Positions 28,701 through 37,792 of a stretch of DNA of 64,000 nt are shown piece after piece. The notes under the pieces were generated by a model. The model did no database searches. It worked only from the letters and a program-made list of their open reading frames with translations, and had not been told where the DNA came from. Positions within the stretch are counted from its first letter, which is position 1. Each line of letters starts with the position of its first letter. The position numbers and the translations under genes were made by a program. Location of the stretch: the IMG/VR virus record IMGVR_UViG_3300022562_000354, positions 45,945 to 109,944 of that record; one strand, written 5' to 3'. Source of the DNA: a virus.

Positions 28701-31199
28701 CATACGCCACGTAGCCGCGAACACGTGGGAGAAGGTCAGGTCGACGGCTCGGGTCCAGAAGATCGGGTTGCCCGTAGGGAACGGACCAGGGGCGTTGCTC
28801 TGAACCGTGAGGTTCCCATCCAACACGCTCGCCGTCCCAACCCCAAGACGCTGCCAGGGTGCCGTCAGGTCGTTCTCAGGGAGCGTGTCGGCCGTGTACG
28901 CCACGGTCGTAGATTCGAGGGTGCGTTGTAGCGGCGGGTAAGCGATCCGGTGGATCGGGGTGTTGAGAACGAGCAGGTTGGGGTCATTGAGGGCAACCGA
29001 ATAGGCCCGCTCGTACGCCTTGTAGTGCAGCTCCCGGAGAAGCGGTTGAACGAGGTCGGCGCGATTGTCGTCAGGCTCGAAGGTCGCCGGCTGTACCGTG
29101 ACATTGCGGTAGCGATACGTATGCTGCGTCGGGTTCTTTCGCCCAACGTCGTTCGTCCAGTTGTTGAGCCTGAACTCCTTGGAATTGAGACGGCGAAACT
29201 CGATCGTAGGGTCTTTGATCCAATGGTAGTCGATCTTGACGTCGTCGTCTGAGCTGGGGGCGGTGTAGAGAACGACCTGCCCTAGCAAGCCGATGACCGA
29301 CTGCGCGGGGGTAACCACGTTGTTGACCCGAACGACAACGTCAACGGGGTCGTCGGCAATCTCTCCTGTTCGTGGGTCGATGAGCGCCCACGACAACGCC
29401 CCATTGTTTGGATCTGGGAGGCTGAAACTGGCCTGAAGACGTACCCGCTGGGCGGACACGTACCCCGTGATGAGGTAGCTGCCTCCGTTGATCGTGGAGT
29501 TTCCAAGCTCGATACGAAGACCGACGTGGCTAGCGTTGAACGAGCTGTTGGGGAAGTAGACTTCCGTGGAGGTGAACTCGGTCGTCCCAAAAACGCTGAC
29601 AGTGAAGGTTTGGATCTCCGCGTTGATTCCGCTCTGGAGAGTCAACGGGGGCTTCACGATAGGCCCCTTGTCCGTGAAGATAGACCGGCTCACGAGGGGC
29701 GTAGCAGCGGAGAAGACGGCCTCGTTGAAGATGGGGTCGATGGGGTTACCGGCCGCGTCCTTGGGGGTTCCCGTCGCGTTCACGGTGAGCGTGTAAGACC
29801 CGTCAATGAATCCGGCTGTCTCAAGGGCGACGGTACGCTCATCGATCGCCTTGACCGAACGGATGGCGATGTCCGAAGGTCCCGTGAACGAATACTCGTC
29901 CACCGAGAGCAAGTCATCGTCGATCCGCATGGGCTCGGTGAACGAGATGACGACGGCGCCGTCCTCGGGGAAGAACTGGACGCTCTCGATCTGGGGTTTG
30001 GAACCAAGAGCCGTGAAGTCTCGTTGCCCGGAGAACAAGATCCCGAGCGTCGTCCGCACGTTGATGATGCGGCCCGTGTAGACCTTGCTCCCCGTCGATT
30101 CAGTCGTGTGGAGGTACGCTGCGGTACATCCTCGTGCGAAAGTCCACGATAGCTGCCCGGTTCCGGGTGTGAAACCAACCCCAGGAACGTAGGTCCCATT
30201 CAACGGGTCGTTGGTGGGAAGGTCTCGGTCGAGGATGAGCTTAGAGCCGTCAATACCTACGATTCGGTAGGGAAGGAGAGGCTCAAAGAACGCCGAGCCA
30301 GAACCCGTAATGAAGAGGTAGCGACCTACGGTGGCCGCCTGCAAGAAGCTCCCGGTGACCGTGTCGAACACTCGGGATTGGAACGAACCGATGAGGGTCT
30401 CGACAACTTGACCTGACGTACCCGTGAGGATTGTGTCAATGACCGGCTCAACCCGACCCACCGTTACTGAGATCGCTCCGTCGCTCTTGGCTTCGATAGA
30501 GTAGTGGTTTGAGTCGTTGACATCGTCGATCCGCATTTCTTGCGGAAATTCAACGAAAACGGTCCTCTCATCGACACTCGTGAACCCAAGCGCACCGACT
30601 TGGAGATCCTCAGAGATGTTGAGGGTGTCTGCCTGAACATCGACAACGGGGCCGTAGACTTGTTCGAGTGCTTCGACGAGCGAAACGGAGTCGTTCGCGT
30701 TCGCGACGAACGGGGAGATGTACTCAACGAACGTCAGGGTTTCCGAGACGTTCGTGTGAAGCCCAAAGGACACGCTGTCGCTGAGCGTGACCGTGTCGGC
30801 GGCGTTGATCGTCGCCCCTGCGATGTTGACCGTGTACTGGACGGCCAGCGGCTCACCGAAAAGGTCTAGGGCGGCGATGTCGATGACAAGAGGATTGCCG
30901 TCCGCGAACGTCGGGTGCGTGGTGACGTTGACGTAGAGGTCCGGGCCTTCAAAGACGATCGAGCCGCCGAACCCAGCCAGGAACTCGGCGTTGCGGATGA
31001 CCTGAGCCCCGTTGAAGAAGACCTCCAGGGTCCACTCGTCAAACTCGGCCGGGGCGTTGACCTGGAACTGGATCGGGTCGTCAGGTAGTACGCCCGTGCC
31101 ATCCGGGGGCGGGGTGGCGGCGACGAGCGAGATCCCGCCCGAGACGACCGCTGAGCCGCCGAACGGGGTAGTGCCGAAAGGATTTGTTCCGAAGCTCAC
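25785..31199 (-). CDS. Large multidomain tail/adhesin protein (Ig-like plus four ConA/LamG-like repeats)
   Basis: 1804 aa. ISFTEPM Ig-like units. Four Y-x-(A/G)-x-x-(L/T)-P-(E/G)...W starts and four H-x-Y-(R/Q)...V-x-(L/F)-x-x-D motifs. Confidence 0.7.
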   Translation of the reverse strand: MSFGTNPFGTTPFGGSAVVSGGISLVAATPPPDGTGVLPDDPIQFQVNAPAEFDEWTLEVFFNGAQVIRNAEFLAGFGGSIVFEGPDLYVNVTTHPTFADGNPLVIDIAALDLFGEPLAVQYTVNIAGATINAADTVTLSDSVSFGLHTNVSETLTFVEYISPFVANANDSVSLVEALEQVYGPVVDVQADTLNISEDLQVGALGFTSVDERTVFVEFPQEMRIDDVNDSNHYSIEAKSDGAISVTVGRVEPVIDTILTGTSGQVVETLIGSFQSRVFDTVTGSFLQAATVGRYLFITGSGSAFFEPLLPYRIVGIDGSKLILDRDLPTNDPLNGTYVPGVGFTPGTGQLSWTFARGCTAAYLHTTESTGSKVYTGRIINVRTTLGILFSGQRDFTALGSKPQIESVQFFPEDGAVVISFTEPMRIDDDLLSVDEYSFTGPSDIAIRSVKAIDERTVALETAGFIDGSYTLTVNATGTPKDAAGNPIDPIFNEAVFSAATPLVSRSIFTDKGPIVKPPLTLQSGINAEIQTFTVSVFGTTEFTSTEVYFPNSSFNASHVGLRIELGNSTINGGSYLITGYVSAQRVRLQASFSLPDPNNGALSWALIDPRTGEIADDPVDVVVRVNNVVTPAQSVIGLLGQVVLYTAPSSDDDVKIDYHWIKDPTIEFRRLNSKEFRLNNWTNDVGRKNPTQHTYRYRNVTVQPATFEPDDNRADLVQPLLRELHYKAYERAYSVALNDPNLLVLNTPIHRIAYPPLQRTLESTTVAYTADTLPENDLTAPWQRLGVGTASVLDGNLTVQSNAPGPFPTGNPIFWTRAVDLTFSHVFAATWRMKVNTATPNGVFTGIAVGWSDDQKAVVLGYLDDGGTRKLGFLKRGFGNKLADLSAWSGGILANDDPSGLPFDFDWSVLHSYRFFRGRDGIVKLFVDGEVVESLRIFDDELPFLEELNDPFDQLQGVYFGSLDRQAENESLWDVFRYLVLPTNPTQSTPSVFVSYEGSATPEDAIYPWTPIGYHGNETLLSGGQLLLDSTSATTQDAGLVGGDFRGFTRIEPLIQISADVVLDVDVQLRTYTHGIDPHAVMIAIDDGVRLIQLSFFPTLAQPKVSYPGRSLPGDATPDAWSSLGNASATMQGRILRISDTSLADGRVYYVEDTEGLASPDRIVAPAIDYYGEFKLQVVSFVNDATPVGFCGATIDIFDGDRAIGLLLREDAGVKKVAFHSDGTLLGPGSEFTFNWGDGQAHVYRIVKNTTGDLVSLFIDDDLLGNYPYTSFIASLGTPTISFGSSTGASVSAKSVVDWHYFNVWRAQPTSGVRKYVGIWKGSDSDSLIGYHLPLLASGHASVAGNVLTDPTADFATAGVVAGSDLVIDVGSNKGVYEVVGVGSTTLTISGVFPTIPSEVAYRIPDETDWTSPHRYRLVKDPGGSVSLLFDTNPTPIIRVDYSEVVLPSNKLGIPWAINNGLASITWGAFDPANISQTSWDFVRYGVTRSPTEMRIVPHHQFLNQRNVMSSPEHLFGSIAHDHTQFSSSSTGIPYPWNEYVENVGAIAFTRLNEGTPLVPSTQTYEVRRPTPTFEFVSGLNKPEDVLNNDGDFVTNDATTKVRLIVPDDVLYNCLDVFEQTEGEEDHVAPFSDEYNPIVLKLNWTKEVCAVYNADVLPENDPGFHTPWILESDDPGGVSANAFSSILTYSTSNSTNTIYRNHTPLTDPVGLSTKVTFRLKLLNDATAGTGDTGVRFGFNAFGLTAALAFVSTPLGDREVRLLDLNSNTTLGAIPFDFLDGDYHVYQLIKNVETGNVDFLIDPTP

Positions 31200-31242
31200 G
31201 CGACCACCTGGCTTAGCTTCGCGATAGGTAGGTCACCGAGCC

Positions 31243-31548
31243 TCAAACCACCCACTGTTCGGCGATGACTACATCCACAAGAGGGTTGGCTCCACACTTG
31301 GGGCCAGCGTACTCCGTCGCGGTCGGATCTGGAGCATCTTGTACGACCCACGTTCGATAGGTCACGGTTGGAAGGCAATCGACGTCCAGCCCCCGCATTT
31401 TGAAGTAAAGGGTGAGTGTGACGCCGCTTGATAGGAAGGCGGCCTCTACCCCATCCTTGGTGACAAAACGGCCCTTCTCCGTGCCGTTGGCAAACAGCCC
31501 TGGGCTTACGGTGACAAGGTCAGTGAGGTAGCCGTCTCGTTCCGCCAT
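31243..31548 (-). CDS. Small two-Cys protein, paralog of 32545..32889
   Basis: YFKMRGLDVDC...TYRTWV...CGANPLVDVVIAEQW. Confidence 0.68.
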   Translation of the reverse strand: MAERDGYLTDLVTVSPGLFANGTEKGRFVTKDGVEAAFLSSGVTLTLYFKMRGLDVDCLPTVTYRTWVVQDAPDPTATEYAGPKCGANPLVDVVIAEQWVV

Positions 31549-31551
31549 GCT

Positions 31552-32535
31552 TCAGACCAACAACATCTGCGTGGAATCCCCAAGCCAGGGGAAAATGAAG
31601 CCTCCCGCTGCCACAAATTGACGGGTGCTAGCGTTGTTGGGGAAAGTGTCTCCATCCAAGACTGCATTGGCTTTCCACCATAGGTCAGGGACGACACCCA
31701 AACGAGAAGTATCCGGCGAGGTGAAGGTGGTAGCCCCTACTGGATAGAACGGCCACTCCCCGCTGAATGCGCTTGCCGCGTTCATCGAGATGACAGCCAG
31801 ATTCCCGCCTGTTGTTGCGGCCTCCCCTCCGAAATTGACGTTGATCGTGCCAACCGAACCTCTCGCCCGGACAGGGGGGCTACCAGCCGAAGCCCAAAAC
31901 GTAGTGAGAGGGGCGGAAATACCCCCTCCGTTGTTCCCTAGGGCAACGCTGAGACTGGGGTTAGACCATCCCGTAGGTGGGTCGTTTGGCTTGACAAACA
32001 TGAGGAAAGTGGGTTGCGCCGAACCCCCGCGCCAAACTTGAACAATGGTGCAAGCCCCATCCGTGGACTGCCAGGCGTGGACTTGATGCTGCGTGTCCGC
32101 GTTTGAAGACCATGTGGTTGTGGAAATGAGGACGATTTCATCCGTTGCGGTAGGGCGAGCGGTTGTCGTACCTCCCGTGAACCCAGCCGAGGGGGATACG
32201 ATGATCGAACCGATGTACGCAACAGGGTGGTTCGCGTCGATGCAAAGCTCAAAGTTGGTCGCGATACCCGTCTGACGTAGGACAATCCACGAATGAGGGC
32301 TACCTGACGTTGCCTTGACGATGTTGGCGGAGGTGGTCCAACGGTCCACCGCATCCAAACCAGCCGTCGAGCTGTTACTGCTCCCTCGTACCACCCAAGG
32401 CAGCGTCCCGAACCCAATAAGCAGGTTCTTGATAACCCACCAAATGTATTGGTCCGTCGCTGCGGCAGTTCCTTGCGCAGTAACGGTGTTGTTTGCGCTG
32501 ATCTGCCAGGTCTTTGAGAGGGTGGGTAGAGCCAT
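31552..32535 (-). CDS. Virion structural/receptor-binding protein, possible distant member of the 32886-36560 family
   Basis: Same overall layout: early helix, SWIVLR strand, and a C-terminal RLGVVPDLW...FIFPW resembling LAGSLPWIR...IIVPW. Confidence 0.62.
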   Translation of the reverse strand: MALPTLSKTWQISANNTVTAQGTAAATDQYIWWVIKNLLIGFGTLPWVVRGSSNSSTAGLDAVDRWTTSANIVKATSGSPHSWIVLRQTGIATNFELCIDANHPVAYIGSIIVSPSAGFTGGTTTARPTATDEIVLISTTTWSSNADTQHQVHAWQSTDGACTIVQVWRGGSAQPTFLMFVKPNDPPTGWSNPSLSVALGNNGGGISAPLTTFWASAGSPPVRARGSVGTINVNFGGEAATTGGNLAVISMNAASAFSGEWPFYPVGATTFTSPDTSRLGVVPDLWWKANAVLDGDTFPNNASTRQFVAAGGFIFPWLGDSTQMLLV

Positions 32536-32544
32536 GGTCGTCTT

Positions 32545-32889
32545 TCAGAGCTGCCAGAGGTCCGCTATGATCTCTTCCACCAAAGGACCACCGCAAGGCA
32601 GGGCTCCGGGGTAGGATTGACTGGAGTTTGTTGTCACCCACGTCACGTATGTTGGGGAGCCGCAAGCGGAATCCCGAGCCCGCTTTTTGTAGTAGGTCGT
32701 CACGGATACACCATCGCTGGCGACACCGATGGTAGCTTGCGGGTGGTAGACACCCGCACGGTCCACAACACCCCCCGTCGTGTCGTCCAGAGCTTGCGTT
32801 GAACTTGCGTACGCCGCTTGGGCGTACGTTGCGACACCACCCGTGAGATCGTCGAGGTCGTTGTCCCCGTTGGTGTTCTGAGCCGTCAC
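32545..32889 (-). CDS. Small two-Cys protein, paralog of 31243..31548
   Basis: YYKKRARDSAC...TYVTWV...CGGPLVEEIIADLW. Coupled to the stop of 32886..34112. Confidence 0.68.
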   Translation of the reverse strand: MTAQNTNGDNDLDDLTGGVATYAQAAYASSTQALDDTTGGVVDRAGVYHPQATIGVASDGVSVTTYYKKRARDSACGSPTYVTWVTTNSSQSYPGALPCGGPLVEEIIADLWQL

Positions 32890-34112
32890 GGGAACGCTCC
32901 AGTGGTTCCTTCTCTAGTGACTCCAGAACCATGGGTCACCGTGTTGTTCCAAGGCACGATGATCTTGGGTGTAGAGACCGTGGCCGTGTTCCCAAGGACA
33001 ATCTTCCTAGCATCGGAGGAAGTGTCCAAGTTGGCGATGTTCGCCACCTCTCGGATCCAAGGGAGCGAGCCCGCTAGACCCCCGTGGTAGTCATACGGAC
33101 CCATAAGGATGGGCATCTCATCGTAGGTAGCCGGAGAGAACCATCGGTTTGGCTGGGCTGTCGTAGAGAGGACTTCATCGATCCGACCAAGGATGATCCC
33201 CCGGACGTCCGTGCCATAGGTCTCGACCGCAATGCCCCCCTGGATAGTCGAGTTCGTTCCGGCATAGTCTCCGTAGATGTTGCCCGTGCCCATACCTAGA
33301 GCCCCTTGCCCCTGCAACATAACGTATGGGTACGTTGGCGTGAGGCCCGCCCTTGGTGTGTAAATGCCGTGGTAATTGAAGGCGTAGAGACTGTTGTTGT
33401 AGTCCCAGTGGAACGAGAACCCATCGTAGTCCGCGACCATGTGGTAACGAACGGCGGTACCATCAAAGGCTCGATAGAATAGTTGAACCTGATTTTGCTG
33501 GCTGGTTACGTGAGACGGAGTTGAAGCTCCCGTCCCTACCACGGCGAGGGGTTGGTTGCTCCGGGGAAAGACGAACCGACCCGTCCCCCCGCTTGCAGGA
33601 TTCTTCCAAACGGGATCGCCCTTGGCCGCCGCCCCAAGGTTGATGGTCCCGTTCCATGGGTTGAAGTCGCCGCCAACCCCCACGGCCATTTGAATGCCAA
33701 CCACCCCGGAGCCGCTGCTCAGACCCGTCCCTTGGATGACCCCGAAGATGGAGGCAGGGAGCCCGTTCGTACCGGAGTTGTAGGCTGCTCCTTGATCCGA
33801 GCGGGCGAACTGAACCAGTGTGTAGAAAGGCTGGGTACGAGGACCAGCGTAGGAGCCATTGGCGGGGCTGGTTGAAGCCGTCCTCCATTCCACGACGAAG
33901 AAGGCGTGGGTTTTGAATGGGGCGCCCCCATCATGGTAGTCCGTCCCGGTGCCCGCACCATCCCCGTTCCAACGGGTGATGATCGTGACGACGTTTTGTG
34001 ACTCCAGAAAGGTGAAGAAGTCGTAGACGGCTTTGAAGACTTCTTGGGCGTTCGTGTATTGAGTACCCGTGTTGGAGCGACACTCGACCTTGCCGTAGAA
34101 GGGACCGGACAT
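32886..34112 (-). CDS. Tandem paralog 3, putative receptor-binding/fibre-tip protein
   Basis: GKVEC, AQEVF, YAGPRTQP, FPRSN, HMVADYD, GIYTPRAG, IREV and PW motifs shared with its neighbours. Confidence 0.72.
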   Translation of the reverse strand: MSGPFYGKVECRSNTGTQYTNAQEVFKAVYDFFTFLESQNVVTIITRWNGDGAGTGTDYHDGGAPFKTHAFFVVEWRTASTSPANGSYAGPRTQPFYTLVQFARSDQGAAYNSGTNGLPASIFGVIQGTGLSSGSGVVGIQMAVGVGGDFNPWNGTINLGAAAKGDPVWKNPASGGTGRFVFPRSNQPLAVVGTGASTPSHVTSQQNQVQLFYRAFDGTAVRYHMVADYDGFSFHWDYNNSLYAFNYHGIYTPRAGLTPTYPYVMLQGQGALGMGTGNIYGDYAGTNSTIQGGIAVETYGTDVRGIILGRIDEVLSTTAQPNRWFSPATYDEMPILMGPYDYHGGLAGSLPWIREVANIANLDTSSDARKIVLGNTATVSTPKIIVPWNNTVTHGSGVTREGTTGAFP

Positions 34113-34123
34113 ACCTACATCTC

Positions 34124-35335
34124 CTAAAAGTTGATCCCCTCACGGAACAGACCTGACCTGGGTTGGACCCCCTCGGGCCACGGAGCGCTGATTTTGATCG
34201 TGTTCCCAAGGTTGTTGGAACCACCGATGGTGATTCGCTTTCCGTCCGGACTCAGGGAGTAGGATTCTCGGTTCCCAACCTCACGGATGAAATCGATCTG
34301 ACCGGCGTACCCGAAGTGAGTGGGCACCTCGTACATGAAGACAGGGATGGGAAACTCGTCCCACGTAGGGGTGGATGAGTATTGGTTGGGGTTGAGATAG
34401 GGGGACAAGGACTCCAAAGCCCCAACGTATCGATCGATGACGCAACCACGGACCTCATCTACAGCCGGATTGGCGGACGGGATCCCCCCTCCATTGTTGG
34501 GGTTCGAGGTCATGCCTCCTGTACCAGCCGTGTTCCCAAAGACGTAACCTCTGGTGTACGGGAGAACGCTCGTGACCGTGCTTAGGCACACCATAGGGTA
34601 GTCCGGAGTGAAGCCGGGCCGTGGCGTGTAGAGACCGAAGTAGGTCATGGCGCAGTCGTCCGTCTCCCCACCTTCATAGAACATGACGATCGAATCATCG
34701 TCAGCCATGATGTGGTGCCGAGACACGGTGTGACTGAAGGCGTTGTAGTAGTGGGTAAAGCAGTTGTGGCGAAACGGACTCGCCCCACCAGGCCCATGTG
34801 TACCACCCGGCCCGTTGCTCCGAGGGAAGACCAAAACACCCGAACCCCCTGAAGGGGTTGCCCAAACGACCGCCCCCTTTGTGTTGGTTCCGAGCGTCCC
34901 ACCCCCGTTCCATGGGTTCTGGTCTCCACCGATCCCGATGGCGAACTGAAGCCCTACACGTGATTCGGATCCACCGCCTGCGGTGTTGTCAGCAAGACCT
35001 GGGTTACCAGGGGACGCCCCGAAAGTTCCGACATCTCCTCGATTCCACTGGATCAGGACGTACCAAGGAAACGTCCGAGGCCCCGTGTAAGAAGGGTTAT
35101 CGGCCACCGTGTTCATTCGGAACACGGCGAAGGCGTTGTTCAAAAAGGGGTTCGCCTGATCCCAGTAGTTGACGTTCGCGGCACCCCCGCCCACCCCACC
35201 ATGACGAGCGATCTCCGTCATGTTCGGATGAGAACTGAAGAAGTTGTACAGGTTCGTGAAGACCCCTTGGGCGATGGTATAGGAGCTGGAGACGTTGAAT
35301 AGGCTCTCCACCTTGCCTTTGACTGTCCCCGCCAT
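34124..35335 (-). CDS. Tandem paralog 2, putative receptor-binding/fibre-tip protein
   Basis: GKVES, AQGVF, YTGPRTFPWY, FPRSN, HIMADDD, YFGLYTPRPG, DFIREV, REGINF. Confidence 0.72.
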   Translation of the reverse strand: MAGTVKGKVESLFNVSSSYTIAQGVFTNLYNFFSSHPNMTEIARHGGVGGGAANVNYWDQANPFLNNAFAVFRMNTVADNPSYTGPRTFPWYVLIQWNRGDVGTFGASPGNPGLADNTAGGGSESRVGLQFAIGIGGDQNPWNGGGTLGTNTKGAVVWATPSGGSGVLVFPRSNGPGGTHGPGGASPFRHNCFTHYYNAFSHTVSRHHIMADDDSIVMFYEGGETDDCAMTYFGLYTPRPGFTPDYPMVCLSTVTSVLPYTRGYVFGNTAGTGGMTSNPNNGGGIPSANPAVDEVRGCVIDRYVGALESLSPYLNPNQYSSTPTWDEFPIPVFMYEVPTHFGYAGQIDFIREVGNRESYSLSPDGKRITIGGSNNLGNTIKISAPWPEGVQPRSGLFREGINF

Positions 35336-35345
35336 CAGAACGACC

Positions 35346-36560
35346 TCACGGGAAATTGATCCCCTGCCGAGTGAAGTTGCTCCGAGGAACGGCCGCCCCT
35401 ACCGGGTTAGTCGCATCCGACTTCCACGGAACGGATAGCTTCGTCGCTTGGGAAGCGTTGGTCCCAAAAAAGACGCGGGAGCGGTCCGAGGTGCCGTCGT
35501 TGGTCCCCACGTCGTAGACCTCCCGAATGAAGTCGATGTGCCCCGCCAACCCGTAATAGGAGGGAGTCTCCGATCCGATCACGGGGATGTTGTACTCGTC
35601 ATACCTTTCATCGGAAAACATGTTGTTGGGGTGGGTGTAGATGTTGTGGAACTCATCCGGACGACCGAAGATGACCCCCCTTACGTTGTTCGTGGCCACC
35701 GTGTTCCAAGCAACTCCACCGTTTCGGTTGGTGCCGTTCGTGGTCCCGTACAGCGTGTTCATCGCCAACGGGAGATTGTACTCCATGAGATGCACCATCG
35801 GGTAGTCGATGGTCAGCCCAGGACGAGGCGTATAGAGCCCGAAATACTGAGCCTGGTAGTTGTTGTCATCCGACTGGGAATTTAAGAACAGGATGCTATC
35901 GTCGTCGGCGAGGATGTGTAGTCGGGTTGGGGACTCAAAGCTGATCGGGTAAAACCCCGCCGAAGCCTCTCTGTTGGTGGCGTAGGAACCTCCAGGGCCG
36001 TTCGCTCGGGGGAAGACGTACGACCCCTGGAAGCCAGCCGGCGCCCCCGCCGTGGTCTTCCAAACGGGGGAAGCCTTGGTGTTCGTCCCAAGTGTACCGC
36101 CACCGTTCCAAGCGACCTCGCTGGTCCCTGGAGTCGTCCCCACCGGGATCGCAAACTGCATCCCGAGGGTCGAGTAGGAGCCACCGTAGTTCGTGGAGTT
36201 GTCCACGACTCCAGGGGACGCTCCGGTTCCGTTCCAAGCCGACTGGTCGAACCTCGTCCACTGGACGTAGATGTACCAAGGGAACGTCCTTGAGCCTGCG
36301 TAACCGGAGGCCGCTCCGCTCTCCAACGTGGCGTCATTCATTCGGAAGACGCACCAGCAATTTGTCAGGAACGGGTTGGTTTCGTCGTGAAAGTTGACGC
36401 TGGCCGCCGTGCTACTGACCCCGCCGTAACGGGCGATTTGGGTCATGTTCGGATGGGAGTTGAGGAAATCGTAGATGCACTTGAACACGTTCTGGGCGTT
36501 GGTGTGCCGAGAACCCGTGTTGATGTAGCAGTCGATCTTCCCTCTAAGCGTTCCTCCCAT
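35346..36560 (-). CDS. Tandem paralog 1, putative receptor-binding/fibre-tip protein
   Basis: GKIDC, AQNVF, YAGSRTFPWY, FPRAN, HILADDD, YFGLYTPRPG, DFIREV, RQGINF. Confidence 0.72.
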   Translation of the reverse strand: MGGTLRGKIDCYINTGSRHTNAQNVFKCIYDFLNSHPNMTQIARYGGVSSTAASVNFHDETNPFLTNCWCVFRMNDATLESGAASGYAGSRTFPWYIYVQWTRFDQSAWNGTGASPGVVDNSTNYGGSYSTLGMQFAIPVGTTPGTSEVAWNGGGTLGTNTKASPVWKTTAGAPAGFQGSYVFPRANGPGGSYATNREASAGFYPISFESPTRLHILADDDSILFLNSQSDDNNYQAQYFGLYTPRPGLTIDYPMVHLMEYNLPLAMNTLYGTTNGTNRNGGVAWNTVATNNVRGVIFGRPDEFHNIYTHPNNMFSDERYDEYNIPVIGSETPSYYGLAGHIDFIREVYDVGTNDGTSDRSRVFFGTNASQATKLSVPWKSDATNPVGAAVPRSNFTRQGINFP

Positions 36561-36563
36561 CGA

Positions 36564-37736
36564 TCAACCCCATGTGAAGACGAGTCTGGCGTTGGTACAC
36601 GTGACGCGATCCGTCGAGCCCCCCGTGGTCGTCATCCGAAGATGGACCTCGTAGTCCTTCACGTCTGCTGGGAGCGTGACGACTTGCTCCAACGTGTCCG
36701 GGATGGATGAGGCCGATGACAAGGGTGTCCCGACGTAACCCCCATCCGTCAAGTTGTAGAGTTGGATCTCAGCCACCTTGCCTACCGTGGCCTCAACCGC
36801 TGCGACGAACTTGATCTGCGTGTTGGAAGGGAACTGCGTGGGATCGGCTCGGCACGTACCGACCCGCGTGAAGATGTTTTGGTCCGTGGTTCGGTTGCCC
36901 GCTAGAAGCTCGATGATCTCGTACTTGCGGAGGTGTTGAGCTTCGGCGAGGTTGGCCCGAGCGGCTACCCAGTTGGTGCCGTCGTAAACAGCCTCAAGCT
37001 CGTACGTGATCGTACCGCTCGGGGGTGCCGAGATGGTGTTGATCGGAGATCCGCCAACCCCGTTGTTGAGGATGAAGTCCCCAGCCCCAGCCGTCATGGC
37101 GACCAAGAAGCGGAAGCGCTTTCCGTCCGACAAGGCCGGGAGCGCCAGCTCCTCGGTCCTGTCCCCGGCCCCCGTCATCGCGATGACCCGATAGGGCTTC
37201 TCCGTACCATCCGTCAGGGTGACAGTGACGGGAGTGCCCGACGAATGGGTGACCGCTTGCGTATGCCCTACGTACCGACCAACCCGAGCCTTGAGGAACC
37301 GAAGATAGGCGTCGAGTTGGAAGTTCGTGGCGGCGTTCGCTCGGCCACCCCAACCCGCCTTCTGAGCCAAGGCGGTCTGGTTCGTCATGTTCCCCGTCTG
37401 CCCCGCAGACGGGAGAGTCAGAGCGTCCTCGTCTTCGACCCCGAAGAACTTGATGTCCGTCGTGGTCCCGTTGACGCCGTCCGTTCTCGTAAGGCGGACG
37501 ATGTAGACCCCATCCGAGGTCGGGGTCACCGTCGCTACCTGCAACGTGTCGTTGGTGATGACCGGGGCCGACCCCACGGGAGCCGGCCAGGAGAGGATCT
37601 CCCAGAGGTAGGAGTCCGCGCCCGCACCCCCATCGTCCGTCAGCGTAACCGTCTGGTTCGGCTGAAAGCCGAACACGGACTGCCCGCTGCCGCCGATGAC
37701 CGCACCTTGGGTGAACTGACACGTAGCTAGAGCCAT
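36564..37736 (-). CDS. Fibre/adaptor protein with N-terminal PKD-like Ig domain
   Basis: TVTLT...SYLWEILSWP...TPTSDGVYIVRLT is a PKD-like pattern. Also contains a YDGTNW motif. Confidence 0.62.
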   Translation of the reverse strand: MALATCQFTQGAVIGGSGQSVFGFQPNQTVTLTDDGGAGADSYLWEILSWPAPVGSAPVITNDTLQVATVTPTSDGVYIVRLTRTDGVNGTTTDIKFFGVEDEDALTLPSAGQTGNMTNQTALAQKAGWGGRANAATNFQLDAYLRFLKARVGRYVGHTQAVTHSSGTPVTVTLTDGTEKPYRVIAMTGAGDRTEELALPALSDGKRFRFLVAMTAGAGDFILNNGVGGSPINTISAPPSGTITYELEAVYDGTNWVAARANLAEAQHLRKYEIIELLAGNRTTDQNIFTRVGTCRADPTQFPSNTQIKFVAAVEATVGKVAEIQLYNLTDGGYVGTPLSSASSIPDTLEQVVTLPADVKDYEVHLRMTTTGGSTDRVTCTNARLVFTWG

Positions 37737-37792
37737 CGGTTACGCCACCGCCCTCTCACACCTTGACACTTTACATGAGGACTCTCCGCTAA

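Noticed and set aside
31243-36560. DGR or invertible shufflon behind the paralog array
   Set aside because: No reverse transcriptase, recombinase, inverted cassettes or adenine-specific TR/VR pair is visible. All copies are full length and co-oriented.
37773-37778. TTGACA (-35-like hexamer) on the plus strand in the 37737-37792 gap
   Set aside because: No plausible -10 box at 16-18 nt and no credible plus-strand gene downstream.
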